Counted from the stretch's first letter, positions 11,361 to 21,829 are shown. The stretch: DNA of 64,000 nucleotides from Trueperaceae bacterium (GCA_034521815.1 JAXHLW010000013.1:1280001-1344000); one strand, 5' to 3'. Notes: generated by a model from the letters alone, not told the origin. A program made the numbers and translations.

Positions 11361-11517
11361 GGACGGAGGGTACCAAGGGGCGGGCGCCGATGAATCCTTT
11401 GGCCGACACGCCGAGCGCGTCCGGGGGGCGCCTTGCCCGTCCCCATGGGTGCGGGTATGCTCCCGGCGTGAGAGGACGCGAAGGCGTGGCGCACGCGCAG
11501 GCGTCGACGGTCCGCAG

Positions 11518-12630
11518 GTGAGCGCGTCGCGCCGCTTCCAGGTCGACGCATGGGAATCCCCACGGCGAGGCGTGACGGTAGGCGCTGGGCGCGACGTCGC
11601 GACCGGGCTGCAGGTTCGGATTCTCAGCTTCGAGGGGCCGCCCAGGGGCGACCCGATCTCGCTGGACCATCCCAACGTTCCGGGTGTGATCGCCGCCGAG
11701 ACCGTGGGTACGGCGACGCACCTCGTTACGTTGATCCCGCACGACGATCGGTCGCTCGAAGGCGGTGCGCCGGCGTTGGGCCCCGCGGCCGTGATCGCCG
11801 CCTTCGACGCGCTCGCCGCCGTGCACGAAGCCGGGATCGTGCACGGCGACATCGGTCTCCACCAGCTCTCGCAGGGGCCGGGCGGGCATCTTCTGCTGCT
11901 GGGCGCCGGCGCGCCCTGGCGCAGTCCGGATCACGAGCCCACCGCCGGAGACGACGTACGCGCCTTGGCGGTCGCGATGCTCGAGGCCGGGCGCGATCTC
12001 CCCTCGGCGGTCGAGCGTGTGCTCCAGCGAACCGCGTCGGCGCCCGCCGCGAACGCGGACGCCCGACGCCTCGCGAACGACCTGGAGCGCGCCCTCCGCG
12101 GTCGCGACGCGACCGAGGACGGCAGCGCCGTCGTGAAGGACCTGCCGCCCGGTGGCGTGTACAAGAGCGGCGAGACGGGTCCGCCGCGGAAGCCCGGCAG
12201 CTACGACGTCGGAGGCCGCCAGACGACCCGCCGGACCCCGAGGCGCGCTCCGACGCTCGTGCTCGCGATCCTCGTCGTCGTCGGACTGGTCGCCGCGGCA
12301 TCGTGGCTTTTGCGTGATCGCGACGCGCCCGCACCGACCGCCGAGCCGCCCACTGCGTACGTCGTCGAGGTGACCGTGGCGCCGGCCGATGCGCCGCCCT
12401 TCTCGATCGTGGTCGTGGACGCGCCCAGCGGCACGTCGTTGACACCCGGAACCCGCCTGGGGCAGGCGCCCAGGCGCGTGCTGCTCGACGTCCCGGGCAG
12501 GTGGGTGCTGCAAGGCGTGTTCGGCGACCTTCGCAGCCGTCCGGTGATCGTTCGCGTGCCCGACGCGAGCTCGGCGACCCTGACCGTGCCCCCCGGCGTC
12601 GCCGATCCGTCCGCGACCCCGCCCCGATAG
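11518..12630 (+). CDS. Membrane-anchored protein with degenerate Ser/Thr kinase-like domain and extracytoplasmic beta-rich domain (start uncertain)
   Basis: LDHPNVPGV, ALAAVHEAGIVHGDI, DDVRALA resemble Hanks kinase subdomains; single TM LVLAILVVVGLVAAASWLL. Confidence 0.6.
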   Translation: MSASRRFQVDAWESPRRGVTVGAGRDVATGLQVRILSFEGPPRGDPISLDHPNVPGVIAAETVGTATHLVTLIPHDDRSLEGGAPALGPAAVIAAFDALAAVHEAGIVHGDIGLHQLSQGPGGHLLLLGAGAPWRSPDHEPTAGDDVRALAVAMLEAGRDLPSAVERVLQRTASAPAANADARRLANDLERALRGRDATEDGSAVVKDLPPGGVYKSGETGPPRKPGSYDVGGRQTTRRTPRRAPTLVLAILVVVGLVAAASWLLRDRDAPAPTAEPPTAYVVEVTVAPADAPPFSIVVVDAPSGTSLTPGTRLGQAPRRVLLDVPGRWVLQGVFGDLRSRPVIVRVPDASSATLTVPPGVADPSATPPR

Positions 12631-12642
12631 CGAGGAGCCCGC

Positions 12643-14178
12643 ATGTCCGAGAGCATCGTCGTCATCGATTTCGGATCGCAGTACACGCGCCTGATCACGC
12701 GGCGTCTGCGGGAGCTGGACGTGTTCTCGGTCCTGGTCGGGCCCGAGGAGGGCCTGGACGCGGTCCGGGCCCACCACCCCGCGGGCGTCGTGCTGTCCGG
12801 CGGACCGCAGAGCGTCACCGACGCCGGCGCGCCCGGACTTCCCGCCGGCCTGCTGGACGCGGGCCTGCCGATCCTCGCGATCTGCTACGGCATGCAGCTC
12901 GTGGCCCGCGATCTGGGCGGCGAGGTGCGGCCCGGAACCGTCCGGGAGTACGGCAAGGCCGAGCTCACCGAGTACGGCGGGGAGCTGTTCGCCGGCGTCG
13001 AAGGCGCCTTCACCGCCTGGATGAGCCACGGCGACAGCGTCGTCCGGCCTCCCGACGGGTTTCGCGTCACGGCGGCGACGGCCGACACGCCGGTCGCCGC
13101 GATGGAAGATCCCGCGCGCGGCGTCTACGCGCTCCAGTTCCATCCCGAGGTTCGCCACACCCCCAAGGGTCTTTCGCTGCTGGAGCGATTCGTCGAGCGA
13201 ACGGGCGTCGCGCGGGACTGGACGCCGCGCAACATCGTCGAGCAGGCGGTCGACGACGTGCGCGCCACGGTGGGCAGCGAGCGCGTGCTGTTGGGCATCT
13301 CGGGCGGCGTGGACTCGAGCACGCTGGGGCTGCTGCTGCACGAGGCGATTCCGGACCAGCTCGAAGCGGTGTTCGTCGACACGGGGCTGCTGCGCCTGGG
13401 CGAGGTCGAGGAGGTGGGACGCGCGCTCCGCGGGCTGGGCGTCCGGCTGACCGTCGTCGACGCGCGGGAGCGGTTCCTGGAGGCGCTCAGGGGCACGGTC
13501 GATCCCGAGGACAAGCGCAAGGCGATCGGCCGCACCTTCATCGAGGTGTTCCAGGCCGAGGCCCGCCTCTTGGAAGCCGAGCACGGACCGATCCGGTTCC
13601 TGGCCCAGGGGACCCTCTACCCCGACGTGATCGAGTCCGCCGGTGGCCAGGGCGCCGCGAACATCAAGAGCCATCACAACGTCGGGGGCTTGCCGCACGA
13701 GCTGGGCTTCGATCTGATCGAGCCGTTCCGGACGCTGTTCAAGGACGAGGTGCGCGAGGTCGCCGCGACGCTGGGGCTGCCCAAGGAGCTTCGCGACCGG
13801 CATCCGTTCCCCGGCCCCGGGCTGGCGATCCGGATCTTGGGCGAGGTCACGCCCGAACGGCTCGAGGTGGTGCGCCGCGTGGACGACATCTTCGTGGGCT
13901 CGCTCCGCGAGTTCGGGCTGTACGACGAGATCTGGCAGGCGCTCGCGGTGCTCACCCCCCTCCGCTCGGTCGGGGTGATGGGGGACGGCCGGACCTACGC
14001 CTACACCGTGGCGTTGCGCGCCGTGACCAGCGTGGACGGCATGACCGCGGACTGGGCGCGGATTCCGCCCGACGTGCTGGGCGTGATCAGCAACCGCATC
14101 GTGGGACAGGTGCCCGAGGTCAACCGCGTGGTGTACGACGTGACCAGCAAGCCTCCCGGCACGATCGAGTGGGAGTGA
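12643..14178 (+). CDS. guaA: GMP synthase (glutamine-hydrolysing)
   Basis: [63 protein letters not shown]. Confidence 0.98.
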   Translation: MSESIVVIDFGSQYTRLITRRLRELDVFSVLVGPEEGLDAVRAHHPAGVVLSGGPQSVTDAGAPGLPAGLLDAGLPILAICYGMQLVARDLGGEVRPGTVREYGKAELTEYGGELFAGVEGAFTAWMSHGDSVVRPPDGFRVTAATADTPVAAMEDPARGVYALQFHPEVRHTPKGLSLLERFVERTGVARDWTPRNIVEQAVDDVRATVGSERVLLGISGGVDSSTLGLLLHEAIPDQLEAVFVDTGLLRLGEVEEVGRALRGLGVRLTVVDARERFLEALRGTVDPEDKRKAIGRTFIEVFQAEARLLEAEHGPIRFLAQGTLYPDVIESAGGQGAANIKSHHNVGGLPHELGFDLIEPFRTLFKDEVREVAATLGLPKELRDRHPFPGPGLAIRILGEVTPERLEVVRRVDDIFVGSLREFGLYDEIWQALAVLTPLRSVGVMGDGRTYAYTVALRAVTSVDGMTADWARIPPDVLGVISNRIVGQVPEVNRVVYDVTSKPPGTIEWE

Positions 14179-14235
14179 CGCCTTCCGGCGCACGCCGGCC
14201 GGGGGAGCCGTGCCGGACGCGGTAGTCTGGCGCGC

Positions 14236-14715
14236 ATGCCCCGTACCTGGCTGATGAAGAGCGAACCGGACGTCTACGGCTACGACGACCTCGAACGCGA
14301 CGGACGAACGCCGTGGGACGGAATCCGGAACTACCAGGCCCGCAACTTCATGCGTGACGAGATGAAGGTAGGCGACCGCGTGCTGTTCTATCACTCGAAC
14401 ACCCAGCCGCCGGGCGTCGTCGGCGTGGCCGAGGTCGCGAGCGAGCCGTACCCGGATCCGACCCAGTTCGACGAAGCCAGCGCTTACCACGATCCCAAGT
14501 CGACGCACGACCAGCCCCGCTGGATGCTCGTGGACGTCGCACCCGTGCGCCGACTTCGCCGGCAGGTGACGCTGGCGGAGATGAAGGCCGATCCGGCCCT
14601 TTCGAACCTCCCGCTCGTGCGCCGCGGCAACCGGCTGAGCGTCATGCCGATCGGGGAGGCCGAGGCCGATCGCATCCTCGCGATGGCCGAGACGCCTGCC
14701 CAGACGTCCGCCTGA
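14236..14715 (+). CDS. EVE domain protein (PUA-like, Thy28 family)
   Basis: WLMKSEP, WDGIRNYQARNFMR, GDRVLFYHSN, RLSVMP. Confidence 0.92.
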   Translation: MPRTWLMKSEPDVYGYDDLERDGRTPWDGIRNYQARNFMRDEMKVGDRVLFYHSNTQPPGVVGVAEVASEPYPDPTQFDEASAYHDPKSTHDQPRWMLVDVAPVRRLRRQVTLAEMKADPALSNLPLVRRGNRLSVMPIGEAEADRILAMAETPAQTSA

Positions 14716-14785
14716 TCCGCCCTCGGGAAGGGGCCGAGCGCGCCCACGGCGCGGAAACGTGGCGAGCGGAATGGTACGATCCGGT

Positions 14786-15745
14786 ATGACGAGCACGCGC
14801 CGAGCGCGGATCCTGGACCTGATCGCGGAGACGTACATCGACACGGCGCACCCCGTGCCCTCCTCCGCCATCGCGGAGCGGCTGGGCATCTCCGGAGCCA
14901 CGGTGCGCAACGAGTTCGCTGCGCTGGAGGACGAGGGGCTGCTGTGTCAGCCGCATACCTCGGCGGGGCGCCTTCCGACGCCGCTCGGGTTCCGGCGCTA
15001 CGCGGACGGCTACCTGCCGCCACGGCCTCTGTCGACGCGCGAGCGCAGGCGTCTGCGCCAGCGCGTCGGCGGCCTCCACGGAAGCGATCTGCTGCGCACG
15101 CTGGCGTCGCTGGCGTCCGACCTGTCCGGGTACGCGGTCGTGTTGGAGCTCCCGGCCGACCCCACCGTCCGGACGCTCGAAGTGCACCTCACGCCGCTCT
15201 CGAGTCGGCGCCTGCTCGCGGTCGCCGTGCTCGAGAACGGGCTGACGCGCGACGTCGCGGTCGATCTCGACCCCACGCCCGGCGACGAGGTCCTGGACGA
15301 CGCCGAACGGGTTCTTCGCCACATCGGCCTACCGTTGGCCGAGATGCCCGAGGCGCTCCGCGAGCGGGCCCGCGAGGTCGGCGACGAGCTGCGGCGCACC
15401 CTCTCCGCCGTCGCCGATGCCTGGCCCACGCTTCATCCGGCCGAAGTCGTCTCGCACGGTCTGAGCCTGTTGTTCGACGAGCCCGAGTCGAAGGATCCGT
15501 CGTTCCTGCGCCGCGCCGCGCGAAGCCTGGAGCGAGGCACGTTTCCCTGGCAGGACGGCGACGGGGCTCCGCTGGCCCTGGACTTCGACGAGGACGTCGC
15601 CCTGATCGGCGCCGAGCTGGCCTGGAGGCACGGCCCGGGGCGGCTGACGCTCGTCGGACCCGCGCGAATGCGGTACGGCCAAGCGTTCGCGGTGGCGCAC
15701 GGCGTGAGTCGGTCGCTGCCGGCATCGGCGGGTGGGGCGGCGTGA
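14786..15745 (+). CDS. hrcA: Heat-inducible transcription repressor HrcA
   Basis: YI.TA.PV.S, SGATVRNE, QPHTSAGRLPT..GFRRY, C-terminal VGPARMRY. Confidence 0.9.
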   Translation: MTSTRRARILDLIAETYIDTAHPVPSSAIAERLGISGATVRNEFAALEDEGLLCQPHTSAGRLPTPLGFRRYADGYLPPRPLSTRERRRLRQRVGGLHGSDLLRTLASLASDLSGYAVVLELPADPTVRTLEVHLTPLSSRRLLAVAVLENGLTRDVAVDLDPTPGDEVLDDAERVLRHIGLPLAEMPEALRERAREVGDELRRTLSAVADAWPTLHPAEVVSHGLSLLFDEPESKDPSFLRRAARSLERGTFPWQDGDGAPLALDFDEDVALIGAELAWRHGPGRLTLVGPARMRYGQAFAVAHGVSRSLPASAGGAA

Positions 15746-16002
15746 GCGCCGACACGGTGGCCACCACCGTCGAGGTGCGCTTCTTCGCGCAGCTGCGGGC
15801 GGCGGCCGGCACCGGCGACACGACCGTCACGATCGTGCCGGGAACCGACGTGCGCACCCTGGCCGAGCAGCTCGAAGCCGCCCATGAAGGCCTGTCGCTC
15901 CGGGGCACGATGTGCGCCGTCGACGAGCGCTACGCGGACCCTGCCACGCGCCTGCACGGAGGCGAGACGGTCGCGTTCCTGCCGCCGGTATCCGGCGGTT
16001 GA
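15742..16002 (+). CDS. moaD: MoaD/ThiS family sulfur-carrier protein
   Basis: VRFFAQLR...AVDERY...GETVAFLPPVSGG (C-terminal diglycine); GTGA overlap with hrcA stop. Confidence 0.85.
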   Translation: MSADTVATTVEVRFFAQLRAAAGTGDTTVTIVPGTDVRTLAEQLEAAHEGLSLRGTMCAVDERYADPATRLHGGETVAFLPPVSGG

Positions 16003-16126
16003 CGACGCGTCCCGCCGGGGACGTGTTTTTCACACGAGATGCGGTCCTGCTCGGCCTATCATGCAACGGTCCGAGGATCCGCTCGACGCAGCCGCGCCGT
16101 CCGCGTTCTCGCCTTCAGGAGCCTAC

Positions 16127-17023
16127 GTGGCCAACGCGATCTACACCACGACCCGGGACGAACTCGCCGGCCTCGTCTCGAGGCAGGTGGCCCGCGGCAT
16201 GCTGTCACGTGCCATCGCCTCGGTCGGCAGCGATCCGAGCACGATCGACGTCGGCACCATGAGCCGCCTGCTTCGTGGGCGCGTCCGCCGAGAGCTCGAG
16301 CGCACGCTTCCGCGTGCCGGCGTGCGTCGCCGGCTCGCCGACCTCGATGCGCGCCTGGCGCGCGAGCACGGCCACGGCGAGTCGGACGCAGGGCGCGACC
16401 CTCAGCGTCCCCCGGCAGCGTCGGCCACGTCCCCCGCGGACGCCCCTGCCACCGCTCCCGACGTCCACGCGTCCGACGAGCGACCCACCGGCGTGCCCAA
16501 CGCTGGACGGGCGTCGCGACGCTCGACACCGAGCCTGGTCATCAGGCCGCCGACCATCTGGAGCCACGAGCCGGCCGACACCGGAACCTCCCACGAGCGG
16601 CGTCGCGCCTTCCCCGTCGCCGGAGACGACATGACGCCACCCGTCGCGGCGCCACCCGTCGCGGCGCCACCCGTCGCGCCACCACCTGTCGCGGCGCCAC
16701 CGGCGGCACGCACGAGGCCGGATCGTCTGATCGAACGCGTGACGGACGACGACGCCGTTCGTCAGTGGATTTGGAGTCCTTCGCACGGACCGCCCGAGGG
16801 ACGAGGCGCCGGACCGGAGCCCGATGCGGTCGCGAGCGTGACGAGCTCGCTCATGACGGTGCTCGGTCGGCGTGGAGCGGTGCGCTCGGTCCACGTCCAT
16901 CACGGCCAGGGCCACGTCATGATGGGCGTGGACCGTGGCTCGACGCTCGTGATCGCCGGTGACGAAGATCTGAACCTCGGAGCGGTCTACGCGACGTTCC
17001 GTGCGCTGGAGGAGGAACCATGA
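16127..17023 (+). CDS. Hypothetical protein: helical N-domain, Pro/Ala linker, C-terminal Roadblock/LC7-like domain
   Basis: RBS CAGGAG before GTG 16127; C-terminus VRSVHVHHGQGHVMM...LVIAGDEDLNLGAVY resembles Roadblock/MglB. Confidence 0.65.
   Translation: MANAIYTTTRDELAGLVSRQVARGMLSRAIASVGSDPSTIDVGTMSRLLRGRVRRELERTLPRAGVRRRLADLDARLAREHGHGESDAGRDPQRPPAASATSPADAPATAPDVHASDERPTGVPNAGRASRRSTPSLVIRPPTIWSHEPADTGTSHERRRAFPVAGDDMTPPVAAPPVAAPPVAPPPVAAPPAARTRPDRLIERVTDDDAVRQWIWSPSHGPPEGRGAGPEPDAVASVTSSLMTVLGRRGAVRSVHVHHGQGHVMMGVDRGSTLVIAGDEDLNLGAVYATFRALEEEP
16635..16702 (+). repeat. 15-bp tandem repeat (CGCCACCCGTCGCGG, ~4 copies) encoding PPVAA
   Basis: Visible directly in sequence and translation. 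Confidence 0.9.
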
Positions 17024-18981
17024 CCATCGCCCGCAAGTTCACCGTCGGCCTCGTGGCCGTGCTGATCGCGTCCCTCGCGTGGGCACAGGAGGCGGTGCCG
17101 GAGGACGACGTCCTGCAGCGCTACGAGCTGGCTACCGAAAGCCTGGCCGCGGCGGCCGATGCGCTCCCCGGCGATCCGGTCGACGCGCGAGCGGCGCTGG
17201 ACCGCGCGTTCAGCGCGCTGCTCACGCTGTCGCGAGGCGACACCAGCACGCTCAGCGACTCGCTCGACCGCGTGTTCGAGCGGGCGCGTACCGCGATCGA
17301 CAACCGTAGCGCCACGGACCTGGCCGTCCAGACCGCCGTGCTCCGAGGAGGCTTCCAGCGCCTGCTGTTCGAGTCGGCGCTCACGGCCGCGGTCGAGGGT
17401 CGACCCGACCTTGCACGCAGTCGTCTGCTTCGACTGGCGCAAGATCTTCAGCTCGGGGACGCCAGGCTGGCGCAGCTCGAGGACCTCACCGACGCCGGTC
17501 CGTTCCGCCGCGTGTTCGAGGCGGGCGTCGCCGAACAGGTGTCCGCCCGGCTCCAAGCGCTCGCGGACGCGGGCGTCCCCGAGGATCGGGACGCCGCCTA
17601 CCGGACGCTGTCGCGTGCGTACGCCGACTACCTGCTCGTTCAGGACTCGGGCCGGATCGACCCGGGCACGAACCGTCGCTTCGTGGAAGCGGCCGAAGCC
17701 CTCGTGGACGGTCAGGACGAGGCCTACCTGGCCGCCCTGACCACGCTGGCGACGAGCCTCGGCGACCTTCGCGAGGCCGCTGACGCGGGCGCACCGCCGC
17801 GAGCGGACGCCGAGATGCCCAGCGAAGGCGTGTCCGAGCTTCCCAGCGACGACGTGAACCAAGCCGTTCAGGAAGGCGCGGACGAGGCGGCGACGCCCAG
17901 CGACGACGCGACCGCTCCGGAAACGCCCGTCGAGGAGGCGGCCGAGACCGCTCCCGCCGAGGACGCCGCTGCAGAGGACGCCGCTGCAGAGGACGCTCCT
18001 GCGAGCGAGGCCCCTGCGGACGCGGCATCGACGGACGAGACGACGACCGCCGACGCCGAAACGACCACCGTGGACGGCGTCGACCTCGCCGCCCTGCGTT
18101 CCGAGATCGCCGCCCAGCTCGACGAGGAGCGCGAGGCCCAGGCGCTCGCGTCGCTCGAGGACGAGCTGGCGATCCTCGGAATCCCCTCCCCTGCGCGCAC
18201 CATGCTCGCGAGCGACCTGTACGCCGCGGACGTCGCCACGGTTCAGGCGCTCGAGACCGAGCTGGCAGCCGACGCCGCGCTGGTCCAGGCGTGGATTCTG
18301 CGTGGCGACACGCAATCGGCTCGCGATCAGCTCGCCCAGCTCGAGGCGCGCTACGAGGCCGGCCTGCGAAAGGTCGCCGTTCGCGTCGCGCCGCTCGCGG
18401 ACGCGGAGCTTCGAGAGCTGATCGATCGCATGAACCGGGCCCCCGCGATCCGGAACGCCGACACGTCGCTGCTCACCAGCGAGGTGCTGTCGCTGTCGCA
18501 AAGCCTCCGCGGGCGAACCGCGCCGTGGACGCACCGACTCGCCGCGAGCGCGTCCGAGCTCTGGGCCGGACTGTCCCGGCCGATCGTCATGATCGTCCTG
18601 GCGCTCCTCGCGCTGCTGCCCCTTCGGCTGCTCGGCTTGGCGTTCGGCGGTGGAAACCCGAACTGGCGCCGCGTCTCGACCGCGCTGCTGCTGTTGGTGG
18701 TGCCCATCCTGGTCGAAGGCGTGATCGCCGTCGCCGCGCTTCTCGCGGATCCGCTGGGCGTGCCCGCGTTGGCGGGATGGACGGTCGCCTCGATCTTCTC
18801 GAGCGACCTCACGCAGCTCCTGTGGGCGCTGGTCATGCTGCTGGCGCTGGTGCTCGCGAGCTCGGGCTTCTACGGCATCTGCGTTCAGTTCGGCGTCCTC
18901 GGGCGTCGCGGCCGGAACGAGCCCACGACCGACGTGAAGACCCGCGACGACACGTTGGTCGATTGGAACGACGACTTCTGA
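17020..18981 (+). CDS. Exported membrane protein of unknown function (signal peptide, helical periplasmic region, acidic linker, 3-4 C-terminal TMs)
   Basis: MTIARKFTVGLVAVLIASLAWA-QE signal; hydrophobic C-terminal segments; RBS GGAGGA, ATGA overlap. Confidence 0.8.
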   Translation: MTIARKFTVGLVAVLIASLAWAQEAVPEDDVLQRYELATESLAAAADALPGDPVDARAALDRAFSALLTLSRGDTSTLSDSLDRVFERARTAIDNRSATDLAVQTAVLRGGFQRLLFESALTAAVEGRPDLARSRLLRLAQDLQLGDARLAQLEDLTDAGPFRRVFEAGVAEQVSARLQALADAGVPEDRDAAYRTLSRAYADYLLVQDSGRIDPGTNRRFVEAAEALVDGQDEAYLAALTTLATSLGDLREAADAGAPPRADAEMPSEGVSELPSDDVNQAVQEGADEAATPSDDATAPETPVEEAAETAPAEDAAAEDAAAEDAPASEAPADAASTDETTTADAETTTVDGVDLAALRSEIAAQLDEEREAQALASLEDELAILGIPSPARTMLASDLYAADVATVQALETELAADAALVQAWILRGDTQSARDQLAQLEARYEAGLRKVAVRVAPLADAELRELIDRMNRAPAIRNADTSLLTSEVLSLSQSLRGRTAPWTHRLAASASELWAGLSRPIVMIVLALLALLPLRLLGLAFGGGNPNWRRVSTALLLLVVPILVEGVIAVAALLADPLGVPALAGWTVASIFSSDLTQLLWALVMLLALVLASSGFYGICVQFGVLGRRGRNEPTTDVKTRDDTLVDWNDDF

Positions 18982-19015
18982 TCGCCCGGAGCCGACGGAC
19001 CGAATGACGGACCGA

Positions 19016-21829
19016 ATGACGACGAGTCCCGCCTACCGCGCCTGCGTGACGGCCCTGGAACGGCTGCTCTCGCCGCGTGTCGCGTCCCGCACGCTGCACA
19101 TGGCGATGCGTGAACAGGGGCTCACGGCCGAGACGGTGACACCGGACGAGCTCGAGCCGATCCTCAAAGGTCCCGTCTTCAAGCAGCTTCAAGTCGCGAT
19201 GCCTGCAGCGCGGGCCCGCGACGCGGTGAGCGACATCCTCGGAAAGCTCGCCGCGTCGTCCGACGAGCCGCGCGTCGCCGACGCGGAGCCTTCCGCCGAT
19301 CACGCTCCCGACGCCGGCCACGAGCCGCCCGCGAACGCTTCCGACAGGGGCATCGCCGAACAGGCCAGCGCTTCAGGCGACGGCGCAGCCACGCCGCCGG
19401 ACGCGCCGTCGACCCAGCCGCAGCACGCCCCCGCCGCCCTCGAGCGGCTGCGCGCGGCGCTGCGACCGTTCAACTTGTACTTCGAATGGCCCGAAGTGCG
19501 TCGGGCGAGGGCGCTCCTGGCCCGGATCGACGACGAGGCCACGAGCGCGGGCGAGGTGCCGTCGCTGATCACCGACGCGGAAGCCGCCCTCGAGACGGTG
19601 CGCCAGAAGCTCGAAGATCGGCTGGTGTTGCAGGCGCAGGACCTCGTGCGTCTCGAGGAGGAGCTCGAGGAGGTCTCGAGCCTCGGAGGAGCCAAGGCGC
19701 GCCGGCTGGCCGCTCTGGTGAACCGCGTTCGGGAGGCGCAGGCCGACCGGCAGCTGGCGGACGCCGAGATCGAGCGCGGGAGCGCGTTGGCGCGCGAGCT
19801 GCGCAAGCTCGTCGCCTCGAGCGTGTACCAGGACGGCACCGACGAAGGTGGACCCGACCTCGAGGCCCGCATCCGGGCGCTCGACGCCGCCGGCGAGGTC
19901 GAGGAGCTCGACCGGCTGGCACGGGACCGCGCCGTGCTGCTCGAGCACCGTGGCGACCTCGCGGAGCGGCTTCGCGAGATGCGCGAGCAGGTCACTGCGG
20001 GGATCACCCTCGGCGACGACCTGAAAGCCCTGCGCGAGACGTTCGACACCGCTCGCGCCCAACGCGTCCGGGAGGTCTCGCGCGAGCTCTCCGAGGCCGC
20101 AGCCCGGCTCGACGAGCACGGCGACGCGTGGACCGACGAGCTTCGCAGGGAGCACGACGTGCTCACCGGCATCGTGCTCGAGAACGGCCTTCCGCCGATG
20201 GCCGACCTGGTGCGCTTCCACGACAGGGCCACCCTGGCGCTCGATCGCGCGGCGAGCGAAGACCGACACGCCGAAGCCGACGCCGAAGCCGAGCGCGCCC
20301 GGCTGGACGTCCAGGGAGAGCGCCTCGAGCGGGGCCGTCACGAGCTCCTCCGCTACGGCGACGAAAGCGACGACCCTGGCGTCGAGCGTCTACGGAACGC
20401 CGTGGACGCGCTTCGCATCGCCCAAGCGGAAGAGCGTCTGGACCCCGATGCCGACGCCGAGCTCCGGGCCGCGTCCGCGGCGCTGGCCGATCGCCGTAGC
20501 GACGAGCGCGATTCCGAGGGAGCCGCACGAGCCCAGCTCGCCGCCCTGCTCGCTCGACTCGACGGGCTGCCCGCCTCGATCGATCCGGAAGGGACCGCCG
20601 AGCTCCGCACCGAGCTCGAGCAGCGCCTCGACGCTCCCCCGAACGATCAGGAGCTCGCCACCATCGCCGCCGCCGTCGCCGAGGCCGTGGCCGCCGCCAA
20701 GCAGTCGGCGCGACAGGCCCTCGATCGGCTCGGATCGGAGGCGGGCCAGTGGTCGCTGGCGAACCTCCTGGACGCGGTTCGCGACGCCAACGAACAGCTC
20801 GAGGACGCCCGTGAGCCGGACCTCGCGGGCCTCGAGAGGCGCCTCGAGAGCGCGATCCAGGACGCCCGTACCCGGCAGCTCGACCAGCTCCACGAGCTGG
20901 AGCGCAGCGCCGCGCGGCTGACCGGGATCGACCCGGCCGTCGAGGTGGCGCTGAGCGAGGCGTTGACGCGAGCTCGCGCCTCGGTCGCCGAGGGCGAGCC
21001 GGCCATCACCATCGGCGACGCGACCGACCAGGTCGCACGCCTCGAGGAGATCCTCGAGCAGCGGGTAGGCGGCGTCGTCCCTCGCCTCGACACGGCCCTC
21101 GCGACGTTGCGAACGGTCGAGCGACTCAACAGCGACGACGTGGCCACGGTGCGACGGATCCTTCATCACCTGGACAGCCAGCGTGACGCGTTCGCGCGCG
21201 TCTCCCCCGCCCTGCGTGCCCGGATGGAGCGTTCGCTCCAGGAGGCCGAGGACCTGCTGGGCAAGCTCGTCGAGGACGAACGCGCCACCAGGGCCATCGC
21301 CGATCAGCTGATGTCGGGCCATCGCTTCGACGACGTGCTCGGCCTGTTCGGACCGGAGAACGACACCGCGCCGGACGACACGTCCGACCGAGCGGACAGC
21401 TCGTTCGACGACGCTGCGGACGCGTGGCTGGAGCACCACCACCAGCGCTCCGACATCGAAGCGTCCGGCCTGCGCTCGGAGCGAACCGGCGCCGTCCGAA
21501 GCCGCGGCATGAGCGACGATGCCACGCGCGACTGGGCTCCGCGCTCGAAGGAGCTGCTGGACCAGCTGACCGCGCTGGGCACCGCGCTGGACCTGGGCGG
21601 GCCCCGCGTCGTCACGCTCGAGCGATCGCGCGGATGCTTGCTGATCGGCCACGATCCGGCAGGGACCGCGCTGATCGCCAGCCGCGACACCGGCAGCCTC
21701 GGTCTGCTGGCTCGCGACCTGCGCGAGCGCGACTGGCGGACGGCGGTCGGCACCCTAGGCCCGGACGACGACGCGTCGACCCCACCAGCACACGACCCGG
21801 AAAACGATGACGCTCACGACCCTGACTGA
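19016..21829 (+). CDS. Large coiled-coil protein with the same N-domain as 16127-17023 and a C-terminal Roadblock/LC7-like domain (alternative start 19004)
   Basis: Long A/E/L/R heptad-rich body; C-terminal LGGPRVVTLERSRGCLLI...LIASRDTGSLGLLARDLR. Confidence 0.75.
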   Translation: MTTSPAYRACVTALERLLSPRVASRTLHMAMREQGLTAETVTPDELEPILKGPVFKQLQVAMPAARARDAVSDILGKLAASSDEPRVADAEPSADHAPDAGHEPPANASDRGIAEQASASGDGAATPPDAPSTQPQHAPAALERLRAALRPFNLYFEWPEVRRARALLARIDDEATSAGEVPSLITDAEAALETVRQKLEDRLVLQAQDLVRLEEELEEVSSLGGAKARRLAALVNRVREAQADRQLADAEIERGSALARELRKLVASSVYQDGTDEGGPDLEARIRALDAAGEVEELDRLARDRAVLLEHRGDLAERLREMREQVTAGITLGDDLKALRETFDTARAQRVREVSRELSEAAARLDEHGDAWTDELRREHDVLTGIVLENGLPPMADLVRFHDRATLALDRAASEDRHAEADAEAERARLDVQGERLERGRHELLRYGDESDDPGVERLRNAVDALRIAQAEERLDPDADAELRAASAALADRRSDERDSEGAARAQLAALLARLDGLPASIDPEGTAELRTELEQRLDAPPNDQELATIAAAVAEAVAAAKQSARQALDRLGSEAGQWSLANLLDAVRDANEQLEDAREPDLAGLERRLESAIQDARTRQLDQLHELERSAARLTGIDPAVEVALSEALTRARASVAEGEPAITIGDATDQVARLEEILEQRVGGVVPRLDTALATLRTVERLNSDDVATVRRILHHLDSQRDAFARVSPALRARMERSLQEAEDLLGKLVEDERATRAIADQLMSGHRFDDVLGLFGPENDTAPDDTSDRADSSFDDAADAWLEHHHQRSDIEASGLRSERTGAVRSRGMSDDATRDWAPRSKELLDQLTALGTALDLGGPRVVTLERSRGCLLIGHDPAGTALIASRDTGSLGLLARDLRERDWRTAVGTLGPDDDASTPPAHDPENDDAHDPD

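Noticed and set aside
14716-14786. CIRCE element at hrcA
   Set aside because: No TTAGCACTC-N9-GAGTGCTAA match, and no chaperone genes adjacent
10900-14910. Very long antisense or alternate-frame ORFs (also 7607-9889, 22880-25495, 50205-53042, 55631-58747, and the 5' part of 35956-39570)
   Set aside because: Shadow ORFs expected in high-GC DNA opposite well-supported genes; no recognisable motifs
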